Source of the DNA: Planctomycetota bacterium
Lineage (GTDB): Bacteria; Planctomycetota; JAJSAM01; JAJVHW01
Length of the DNA: 64,000 nucleotides
Direction of reading: 5' to 3'
NCBI GenBank assembly: GCA_965248445.1
Contig: CBDFJG010000003.1
Span: 320,001 to 384,000, forward strand
Shown here in pieces: positions 16,689-24,774 of this stretch (positions are counted from its first letter, which is position 1; every line of letters starts with the position of its first letter). The notes beneath the pieces are model-generated. The model saw only the letters and a list, made by a program, of their open reading frames with translations, made no database searches and had not been told where the DNA came from. Made by a program: the position numbers and the translations under genes.

Positions 16689-16877
16689 CCCGCCTCCCGA
16701 CCGGAGTTCGTTCCGATCCCCGTGCAACCCCGGTGAGCGAGGCGGGCGGGGCTCGAGCCCGGACCACGGAGTCCGTGGATCGCCCCGATAGCGACCGTTC
16801 TCTGCCCTGGCAACGGTCGTTCCGCCCTCCCGGGAGCCCGGCGCCACAACCAGGCTCAGCCCTCCCGCTCAAGGCTC

Positions 16878-16893
16878 GGGCACGGCCATTGCT
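16878..16893 (+). promoter_or_regulatory. sigma54 (-24/-12) promoter candidate
   Basis: GGGCACGGCCATTGCT matches TGGCACG-N4-TTGCW at all conserved positions but the first; lies ~117 nt upstream of the ATG at 17010. Confidence 0.6.
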
Positions 16894-17009
16894 GTTCCGA
16901 GGCTGGGGAGGGCTTCAGGTCCGGCCGATTTCCTCTGCTTGACCGCCCACCCACCCCACCTACAATTCGATCGAGCGGATCTCGAACCCTCATCCGTGGG
17001 AGAACCCCT

Positions 17010-19220
17010 ATGAACCGCATCCTTGTGGCGGGCAGTGTTGCGCTTTGTTTTGCCGGTGTGTTGGCGGGCGGCCTCGCCGACGCGGAAGCCGGCAAGAAGC
17101 CGATCCGCTTCCAGAACGAGAAGAACCTCATCGTCACGCTCGTGACGCCGACGCTGAACCAGGAGGTCCTCGGCGACCTCTCGGATCCGGGCGTCAACGG
17201 CGTGGTGACAGTGCACTTCTCGAGTCCGGTGCGTAAGCGCGACGTGATCGACAACCAGAACACGTTCAACCGGTTGACCTCGAGGGTGGAGTTCTTCGAC
17301 TCCACGTTCGCGCGACTGCCGGGTACGCCTCGCGTGCGCCGCAGCCGGTTGATCTTCAATCCGCGCACCGCGCAGAACGGTGGCGTGCTGCCGCAGGGTC
17401 AGTACACGCTGAACCTGAGGCGCAGTCTGCGCAACCGACGCGGTCGCCTCTTGAACTTCGGGCTTCGCGACTTCACGACGACGTTCGCCGTCGGCACCGA
17501 CGTCTACCGGCCCGTGCTGCGCAAGATCTCCCCGATCAACGGCCAGACCAACATCGGCCTCGGTCAGAGAATCATCGCGCAGTTCAACGAGCCGATCGAC
17601 GTGAGCTCGGTCATCTCGAGCATCCAGGTGCAGGACGCCAGCACGAACCCCCCGACCCCCATTCCCGGCGCCGGCGGCGGTTCCGGTGTGACGCTCGACC
17701 GTAGAGGGTTTGACGTCGTCTTCACACCCGACCCGTGCTTCGGCTATCCGCCGCAGACCACGATCCAGTTCCTGATGCAGGGCGAGGACGCGGCAGGCGT
17801 TGCATCGCCGGTCACCGACGTCTTCGGCAACGCGTTCATCCGCGACGCCGGCCTGCAGTGGACCTTCAACGCAGCCGCCGGTGTTTGGCAGTCGCCCAAC
17901 GGCACGTTCGACGACCTGACGGGCGTCTTCCGCATGCAGTTCCAGACCAAGGGCATCAAGCCCCGTCCGGTCGGGCTCGTGCCCGGCAGCCCGCACTTCA
18001 ACAACATTCTGCCGACGAGCACGCCTTGCAACCGACTGCTCTTCTTCTCCCCGAGCTGCTACGCCACAGGTCGCGTGATCTTCTACACAACGGGCCGCGG
18101 CGTCGGTGAGATCGACCTCACTGGCTTCATCACGCGGTTCAACCAGGGCGTCACCGACTTCTCGCAGGTCGCCGTCGTCGCCAACAGCCCCGAGCGCATC
18201 GGTCGCCCGTCGGGCATGGTCGTCGACCCCCGCTTCGACGTGAACGCCGGAATGCACACGTTCATCTACGTCGTGGACCAGCGCACCGCGAGCGTCGCGG
18301 TGCTCGACTCGCGCAACCTGCAGGTGCTCGGTCGCTTCACCGGCTTCTCGAGCCCCCGCGACGTCACCATCGCAACGGACCTCTCGCTCTCGCGTACGTC
18401 GATGTACGTGTCGGAGTTCGCGGCGAACCAGATGGTGCAGCTCGACCTGCAGACCATCACGGTCAACTTTGGCGGTCAGCCCGGCGCGGCTTCGGTCTGC
18501 GACCTCATCAAGGACCAGTCCAACCGCCGTACGTTCATCCCGACCGGCCGTGGTCCGACCAGGATCGCCGCGGACAGCTTCCTGCTGAATCGCGTCGCGT
18601 CCGCCAACACGCTCGACAGCTCGGTCACCATCGTGAACGTGCGGGACAACTCCGTCCGCGGCACGCACGAGACCGGCAGCAACCCCGTGGATCTCGACTG
18701 GAGCATCCTGGGGTTCGGTGCCGCTGACCTCTGCATGATCGCCAACCAGGGTGGACTGAACGATTCGAACGGCTCGGTCAGCCTGTACCTGCGAGCAGCG
18801 ACGGGCGGCCCGCGTGCTGGCGCCGCGCAGACGCGTGACGGCATCGACGCCACGCTGACCGATCAGATCAAGAACCCGACCGCGATCTGGGGCAACCAGC
18901 AGTGGCTGAGCCCCTTGTCGGGCAACTCGGTCCCGCTCCGCTGGTACGTCTCGAACACCGGCGGCGACGACATCGCAGGACTGACGTTCCAGGTGACGGG
19001 CCTCTTCGGCATCAACATCTCGCCGAACATCACGTCGACTCGCGAAGTCGGCTTCAACCCGAGCGGCGCACTGCTCGACCCGTTCTATCCGAACGCGTTC
19101 CTGTTCGCCGCCGTGGCGGGCACCGGCCAGCTGGCCGGTGGCGACCCGACGCGCAACGTGCCGATGACGCTCGTCCGCGTGCCTGGTATCCGCAAGCTCG
19201 CGACGTGCTTTACTCACTAA
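17010..19220 (+). CDS. secreted protein with bacterial Ig-like (Big_5-type) domains and a YVTN-like beta-propeller
   Basis: Signal peptide, ISPINGQTNIGLGQRIIAQFNEPID...VVFTP (Big_5-like), then propeller-like blades (PTGRGPTRIA, ETGSNPVDL, EVGFNPSG). Confidence 0.8.
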   Translation: MNRILVAGSVALCFAGVLAGGLADAEAGKKPIRFQNEKNLIVTLVTPTLNQEVLGDLSDPGVNGVVTVHFSSPVRKRDVIDNQNTFNRLTSRVEFFDSTFARLPGTPRVRRSRLIFNPRTAQNGGVLPQGQYTLNLRRSLRNRRGRLLNFGLRDFTTTFAVGTDVYRPVLRKISPINGQTNIGLGQRIIAQFNEPIDVSSVISSIQVQDASTNPPTPIPGAGGGSGVTLDRRGFDVVFTPDPCFGYPPQTTIQFLMQGEDAAGVASPVTDVFGNAFIRDAGLQWTFNAAAGVWQSPNGTFDDLTGVFRMQFQTKGIKPRPVGLVPGSPHFNNILPTSTPCNRLLFFSPSCYATGRVIFYTTGRGVGEIDLTGFITRFNQGVTDFSQVAVVANSPERIGRPSGMVVDPRFDVNAGMHTFIYVVDQRTASVAVLDSRNLQVLGRFTGFSSPRDVTIATDLSLSRTSMYVSEFAANQMVQLDLQTITVNFGGQPGAASVCDLIKDQSNRRTFIPTGRGPTRIAADSFLLNRVASANTLDSSVTIVNVRDNSVRGTHETGSNPVDLDWSILGFGAADLCMIANQGGLNDSNGSVSLYLRAATGGPRAGAAQTRDGIDATLTDQIKNPTAIWGNQQWLSPLSGNSVPLRWYVSNTGGDDIAGLTFQVTGLFGINISPNITSTREVGFNPSGALLDPFYPNAFLFAAVAGTGQLAGGDPTRNVPMTLVRVPGIRKLATCFTH

Positions 19221-19251
19221 GACGGGGTTTCACGCACTAAGACACACGAAC

Positions 19252-19288
19252 AACACCGCCCCCGGCAGTCTCTGCCGGGGGCGGCGTT
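19252..19288. terminator. bidirectional hairpin terminator candidate
   Basis: 13-bp stem CCGCCCCCGGCAG / CTGCCGGGGGCGG between convergent genes. Confidence 0.65.
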
Positions 19289-19328
19289 CGTGGGTGGCGG
19301 GCTGGTTTTCTGGTGGGGAGTTCTGGCG

Positions 19329-20339
19329 TCAGTTCTGCAGACCGACGCCGAGCGTCGTCAGCACCGCGTCCGGCGTCGTGCCCGCCGCCTCCGCCTCGAA
19401 GCCCAGCACGAGGCGGTGTCGTAGCGCGGGAAGCATCGCGCGTTGCAGGTCGTCTGCACTCACGTGCGGCCGTCCTGCGAGCAGCGCACGCGCCTTCGCA
19501 CCGAGTACGAGGGCTCGCGCGCCGCGGGGCGATGCTCCCAGGCGCACCGACCTCCGCACGGCGTCCGTCGCGTGCAGGGAGTCGGGGTGCGTGGCTGCGA
19601 CCAGCCGCGCCGCCGACTCGGCGAGCGCCGGTGCCAGCGCGATCTCGCGTGTCAGAGCTCGCGCCGCGCGGACCTCGTCCGCTCCGAGCACGGCCACGGG
19701 CGGCGTCTGCTCCGGCCCGGTCGTGCGACGCACGATCTCGACGAGGTCGTCCACCGAAGGCGAGACCAGCAGCACCTTGACCAGGAACCGGTCGAGCTGC
19801 GCTTCTGGCAGCGGGTATGTCCCCTCCATCTCGATCGGGTTCTGGGTCGCGAACACCATGAACGGATCCGGCAGGTCCCGCGATGTGCGCCCGGAGGTGA
19901 CCCGGCTCTCTTCCATGGCTTCGAGCAGCGCGGACTGCGTCCGCGGCGTGGCGCGGTTGATCTCGTCCACGAGGAGCACGTTGGTGAACACCGGGCCCTC
20001 ACGGAACGCGAGCTGCATCGCGCCGCCCCCCTGCACTCGGACGTCACTGTCCGACAGGACTTCCGCACCGGTCACGTCCGCGGGGAGCAGGTCCGGAGTG
20101 CACTGCACCCGCGAGAAGTCGAGGGCGAGCGCGCTCGCGAGCGACTTCACGAGGAGTGTCTTGCCGAGTCCCGGCGGCCCCTCCAGTAGCACGTGCCCGC
20201 CGCCGAGGAGCGCTGCCAGCAGTTCGTCGACGACGTCGTCCATTCCGACGACGGCCCGCGCGACCTCCTCACGTACGCGAGAGAGGCCGTCGTGCACGCG
20301 CGCGATCCGCGCGCTGACGTCGGCCGAGTCGGGACTCAC
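19329..20339 (-). CDS. MoxR family AAA+ ATPase
   Basis: [74 protein letters not shown] and GASPR. GTG start overlaps the asnS stop. Confidence 0.95.
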   Translation of the reverse strand: MSPDSADVSARIARVHDGLSRVREEVARAVVGMDDVVDELLAALLGGGHVLLEGPPGLGKTLLVKSLASALALDFSRVQCTPDLLPADVTGAEVLSDSDVRVQGGGAMQLAFREGPVFTNVLLVDEINRATPRTQSALLEAMEESRVTSGRTSRDLPDPFMVFATQNPIEMEGTYPLPEAQLDRFLVKVLLVSPSVDDLVEIVRRTTGPEQTPPVAVLGADEVRAARALTREIALAPALAESAARLVAATHPDSLHATDAVRRSVRLGASPRGARALVLGAKARALLAGRPHVSADDLQRAMLPALRHRLVLGFEAEAAGTTPDAVLTTLGVGLQN

Positions 20340-21649
20340 GGGTAGATACGGTAGAGCATCCGCGGGAACGGGATGGCCTCGCGAATGTGGGCTATCCCCG
20401 TGATCCAGAGCACCGCCCGTTCGAGCCCCATTCCGAAGCCGGAGTGGGGCACCGAGCCGTAGCGCCGCAGATCCAGATACCACTGGTAGTCCTCGACGGG
20501 CAGTCCGTGCTCCCGGATGCGCCGCTCCAACAGGTCCACGTCGTGGATGCGCTGGCTGCCGCCGATGATCTCACCGAAGCCCGGCGCGAGGAGGTCGGCG
20601 CAGAGCGCAACCTCCGGCCGATCGGGGTCTGGCTCCATGTAGAACGCCTTGATCGCCGCCGGGTACTTCTCGATGAACACCGGGCGGTCGAATTGCTCGG
20701 AGATCAGCACCTCGTGGGGCGCACCGAAGTCCTCGCCCCACGGGACGTGCGCGATGGAACCGTCGTCCGGCGCGTGCTCCTTGATGAGCTCCAGCGCGTC
20801 GTCATACGTTATGCGCGGAAACGGCGGCTTCACGCGTTCCAGTGCCTCGATGTCCCGGCCGAGCGTCTCCAACTCGGCGCGGCACCTCTCCAGGCAGCGC
20901 TCGACCACGAACGAGAGCATCTGCTCCTGCAGCGCGAGGTTGCCGTCGTGGTCGAGGAACGCGGCCTCCGGCTCCACCATCCAGAACTCGGTCAGGTGCC
21001 GGCGGGTCTTCGACTTCTCCGCGCGGAACGTCGGGCCGAAGCAGTACACGCGCCCGAGCGACATCATCCCTGCCTCGACGTACAGCTGACCCGTCTGCGC
21101 CAAGTACGCCGTGCCGAGGTCGAAGTACTCCGTCGCGAACAGTGTGCTGCTGCCCTCTGCCGCGCACGGCGTGAGGATCGGCGTGTCGACCCGAATGAAG
21201 CCCTCCCGGTGCAGGAACTCCATGGTCGCGGCCTGGACGTGGTGCCGGATGCGCAGCACGGCGTGCTGTCGCCGGGAGCGCAGCCAGAGGTGCCGGTGCT
21301 CCATCAAGAACGCGACCCCGTGTTCCTTGGGGGTGATGGGGTAGTCCGGGCTCTCGCCGATCACCTCGACGGCGCTGACGCCGAGTTCGACACCACCCGG
21401 ACTGCGGGCGTCCTCGCGTACCTCTCCGGTGACGATCACGCTGGTCTCGACGTTGAGCGCGGCGGTGCGCTCGAAGAGCTCGTCGCCGACTTTGGAACGC
21501 ACCGCCACGCACTGCACGACGCCGGTCCCGTCGCGCACGACGGCGAAACAGATCTTCCCCTTGCTGCGCAGGTGCGTCACCCATCCGCCGACGCGGACTG
21601 TCGTTCCCGCGGCGCCCGGCAGGTCGGTTATGCGTGTCAGTGCGTCCAT
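20336..21649 (-). CDS. asnS: asparagine--tRNA ligase
   Basis: OB-fold ([13 protein letters not shown]), RHLWLRS, motif 2 [30 protein letters not shown], motif 3 [21 protein letters not shown]. Confidence 0.95.
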   Translation of the reverse strand: MDALTRITDLPGAAGTTVRVGGWVTHLRSKGKICFAVVRDGTGVVQCVAVRSKVGDELFERTAALNVETSVIVTGEVREDARSPGGVELGVSAVEVIGESPDYPITPKEHGVAFLMEHRHLWLRSRRQHAVLRIRHHVQAATMEFLHREGFIRVDTPILTPCAAEGSSTLFATEYFDLGTAYLAQTGQLYVEAGMMSLGRVYCFGPTFRAEKSKTRRHLTEFWMVEPEAAFLDHDGNLALQEQMLSFVVERCLERCRAELETLGRDIEALERVKPPFPRITYDDALELIKEHAPDDGSIAHVPWGEDFGAPHEVLISEQFDRPVFIEKYPAAIKAFYMEPDPDRPEVALCADLLAPGFGEIIGGSQRIHDVDLLERRIREHGLPVEDYQWYLDLRRYGSVPHSGFGMGLERAVLWITGIAHIREAIPFPRMLYRIYP

Positions 21650-21759
21650 CGTCCCGTCTCCGTCGAGGCTCTCTCGTGTCGAATGGAGCATCGTAGTGAA
21701 CCGGGCGCGCGGGCGCGCGGCGGGCCCGCTTGCACGACGGTCGGGCCCGGGGGCGTCGG

Positions 21760-22344
21760 TCAGAGGACCTGCAGGGCGCGCCGAACCAGCTCGCCCGCGT
21801 CCAGAGACGCATCGCCGGCCCCGGCCGCCTTCGCCACGGCCTTGGCCGCGTTCGTGCGGTCGTGGCCGAGTGCTTCGAGAGCGAGCACGGCGTCGCGCTC
21901 GGACGACGACGCTCCCGTGGGGGCGTCGCTGCCGGCCGTGATCGCGCCGACGCGGTCCTTCAGCTCGACGATCAAGCGCTCGGAGAGCCGCTTGCCGACG
22001 CCCTTGACTCTGCGCAGCCGCGCCGCGTCGCCGTCCACGAGTGCGGAGCGGAACTCGCGATAGGGTAGGGCGGAGACGATGCCGAGGGCGAGCTGCGGGC
22101 CCACGCCGGACACTGTCTGCAACATGGCGAAGAAGGCGCGTTCGTCGGCGTCCGCGAAACCGTAAAGACGCATCGAGTCCTCGCGGACCGCCAGCGTCAC
22201 GAGCAGAGTCGCCGGCGCGCCGATCGCAGGCAGCCGCTCGTAGGTTCCGAGCGGGATCGCAAGTTCGTACCCGACACCGCCTACGTCGAGCACCGCCGAA
22301 GCCGGCGTCTTGCGCTCGAGCGTCCCGCGCAGGTGGTGATACAC
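21760..22344 (-). CDS. ruvA: Holliday junction branch migration protein RuvA
   Basis: [26 protein letters not shown], HhH motifs VSGVGP and VKGVGKR, ALEALGH. Confidence 0.95.
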   Translation of the reverse strand: MYHHLRGTLERKTPASAVLDVGGVGYELAIPLGTYERLPAIGAPATLLVTLAVREDSMRLYGFADADERAFFAMLQTVSGVGPQLALGIVSALPYREFRSALVDGDAARLRRVKGVGKRLSERLIVELKDRVGAITAGSDAPTGASSSERDAVLALEALGHDRTNAAKAVAKAAGAGDASLDAGELVRRALQVL

Positions 22345-22350
22345 GCGCTA

Positions 22351-22718
22351 GGAGCCCGTCCGGGTAACCCGCGCGGCCACGACGCTGCGCCGGTGGCGTG
22401 GATGCAAGGCGGACCGATGACGGCACCCCCGGTGGGTTGTCGAAGAGGTCCAACGCCGCAGACCGCCACCGTCGCAGCGCCCCGAGTGTCGAGTACGAGT
22501 CTCGCGAGGGGTCGGCAGAGGCCGGCCCCCGCTGCGTCGGACCGCGTCAGCAGATCGATGGATCCCTCCGCCACGGCCTTCGGCGTCCGCTGCGCGTTCG
22601 CTCGTCTCTGATCGTCCGCAGGACGCTCCGCGGCACCCTCGCTCACTCATCCTTGGCCCTCCTTGCGGGCATCCGGCCTCTGTCGATCGTGGCTCGCGGC
22701 GTTACCCGGATGGGCTCC
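22351..22718. mobile_element. non-autonomous MITE-like element (~368 bp)
   Basis: Terminal IRs GGAGCCCGTCCGGGTAAC / GTTACCCGGATGGGCTCC (17/18, extending imperfectly to ~32 bp), flanked by TA on both sides (22349-50, 22719-20). No credible ORF inside. Confidence 0.8.
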
Positions 22719-24040
22719 TAAGTTGTGGTGGTCGACGGCGCCAGCGAGAGTCCGAGCTCGGCGAGCTTCTGCTTCACTTCGTTCATGCTCGTCTGGCCGA
22801 AGTTCTTGATCGTCATCAGCTCCGCCTCGGAGCGACTGGCCAGGTCGCCGACGGTCTTGAGGCCGAGCACGTTCATGCAGTGACGGCTGCGGACGGACAG
22901 CTCGAGGTCGCTCAGCGGCCGGTTCATCGCCGTGCGCCGCTCGGCGTCGCCGCCGATGCCCTCGAGGATCGCGTGCGCCGCGTCGTCCTGCGCCATCTCG
23001 TCGCCGCCCATGCCGAGCCGCAGACCCTTCTGCGCGAGGATGTCCTTGATCTCCTGCAGGCTGGTCTCGCCGAAGTTCTTGTACGAGAGCAACTCCTGCT
23101 CGGAGCGCTGGATGAGGTCGCCCAGCGTTCGCACGCCCATCTTCGCCAGGCAGTTGCGGCTGCGCACGGAGAGCTCGAAGTCCGTGACCGGCAGGCGCAT
23201 CACCTGCGAGCGACGGTCGGAGCGGCGCTCCATGTCTTCGTCGTAGTACATGTGGATCGCGGCCTGCGCGTCCTTCAGGAACAGGCGGGCGCGACGGTTC
23301 TGCGGGTCTGAGTCGACCACCGCGCGATAGCACTCGCGTGCCTTCGAGTACTCGCCCCGGTCCTCGTGCAGGTTGCCGAGGTTCAGATACGCGTTCACAG
23401 GGGCGTCCCCGGTCTCGATGGCCCGCCGGTAAAGCGTGACCGCGTCCTCCTCATCCCCGAAGAGCGCCGCGTTGGTGGCCAGGCGGAACAGGGAACGCAC
23501 GTGCCCGCCGTCCGCGGCCAGCGCCTGCTCGTACGACGCCGTCGCGCCCGCGCGGTCACCGTCGATGTCGTCCGCCCGACCCGTCAGGTACGCCCTGTCC
23601 GCCTTGTCGGCGTTCTTGCCGGCTCCCGTCAGGATCGCCCGCACGGCGTCGGCGTCGCCGAGGTTCGCGTGTGCCTCGCCGCGCAGACACGCGACCTCGG
23701 CGCCGTCGTCGGCCTGATCGAGCGCTTTCAAGGCATCGCCTGGACGGCCGTTCGCCACGAGTGCGCGCGCCAGGAACTCCCGCGCCGTCGGACCCTCCGC
23801 GAGACGCAGCCAGTCGATCGCCTGACGCTCTCGTCCCACGGCCCACAGCGCGAGTCCCTTCTTGAGAGCGAGGGCCCCGTCGCGCTTCGCCGCGGCCACG
23901 TCCGACGGCAGCGAGGCGACGAAGTCCGCGGCGCTCTTGCGGGCGGTCGCGTCGCTCTTGATCGCACTCCGGAGGTTGCGCACGTTGTCCGCCGAGGGCT
24001 GCGCCGAGGTGAGCACGGAAGCGACGTCGGTCTGTGGCAT
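22718..24040 (-). CDS. TPR protein with two RNA polymerase alpha-CTD-like domains
   Basis: TPR-like helices, then two repeats ELSVRSRNCL..MGVRTLGDL...ELLSYKNFGETSLQEIK and ELSVRSRHCM..LGLKTVGDL...ELMTIKNFGQTSMNEVK. SD AGGAG before ATG 24040. Confidence 0.88.
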   Translation of the reverse strand: MPQTDVASVLTSAQPSADNVRNLRSAIKSDATARKSAADFVASLPSDVAAAKRDGALALKKGLALWAVGRERQAIDWLRLAEGPTAREFLARALVANGRPGDALKALDQADDGAEVACLRGEAHANLGDADAVRAILTGAGKNADKADRAYLTGRADDIDGDRAGATASYEQALAADGGHVRSLFRLATNAALFGDEEDAVTLYRRAIETGDAPVNAYLNLGNLHEDRGEYSKARECYRAVVDSDPQNRRARLFLKDAQAAIHMYYDEDMERRSDRRSQVMRLPVTDFELSVRSRNCLAKMGVRTLGDLIQRSEQELLSYKNFGETSLQEIKDILAQKGLRLGMGGDEMAQDDAAHAILEGIGGDAERRTAMNRPLSDLELSVRSRHCMNVLGLKTVGDLASRSEAELMTIKNFGQTSMNEVKQKLAELGLSLAPSTTTT

Positions 24041-24620
24041 GGGGTGGATCTCCTGGGCCCAGTGGCCCATTTGCTGCGGTTCCAGCGGCTGCGGTTCGAG
24101 CGGCGTTGGGGAGGGAGCGAGACGCGGCGGCATTCGCGAGCGAGAACCGACGCCGCGCCCTCGCTGCGAGGGGCTTCTGCGGTGCGGTCCGAGTGGCACT
24201 TCAGCGGCTCACGAGCCGACGAAGCCGGTCATTTTCGGAGCCGAGGCCGGGAGATCAAGGATTGCCGCCTCCCGGTCCCGCCGATTCAGGTTCCGAGCCC
24301 CAAGTGCCGGATCACGGTCTCGAGCACTCTGCCGCCTACGCAATCAGGATCCGCTGCAGAACATCGACCGGTTCACACCCGAGTAGCAGACGATTCCCGA
24401 CCTCTCCGTGAGCACAGGCGGCGGTGCGATTCCCCGCTCCGAACCGCCCGCTCTGACCGGCGGCCGCGGCGGCGGCGGCGGTCGATGCGCCCGACCGCAG
24501 GCTGGCGACCGCCGATTCGAGCGGATTCGCTCGAGAGGCGTGCGCTCTGCCGCCCGATTCGGGAGCCTCGAGGCCATCGACGCAGGCTCGAATCGCGGGC
24601 CCGCCAGGCCTGACAGTCCG

Positions 24621-24636
24621 TGGCACGGAACGTGGA
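24621..24636 (+). promoter_or_regulatory. weak sigma54 promoter candidate
   Basis: TGGCACG-GAAC-GTGGA has a perfect -24 element and a degenerate -12; lies upstream of the CDS at 24775. Confidence 0.3.
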
Positions 24637-24774
24637 CTGGCGTATAACGACACGTGCAGGGTTGGACGCGGGCACCGTCGTTCCGGAGACACCGGGCCGT
24701 CGGGCTTGCGCCTGTAGGTGCGGAATCGACAAGCCGTTCCCGGTTCGCGGGGACAATCGAGGAGAGTTCAGACC

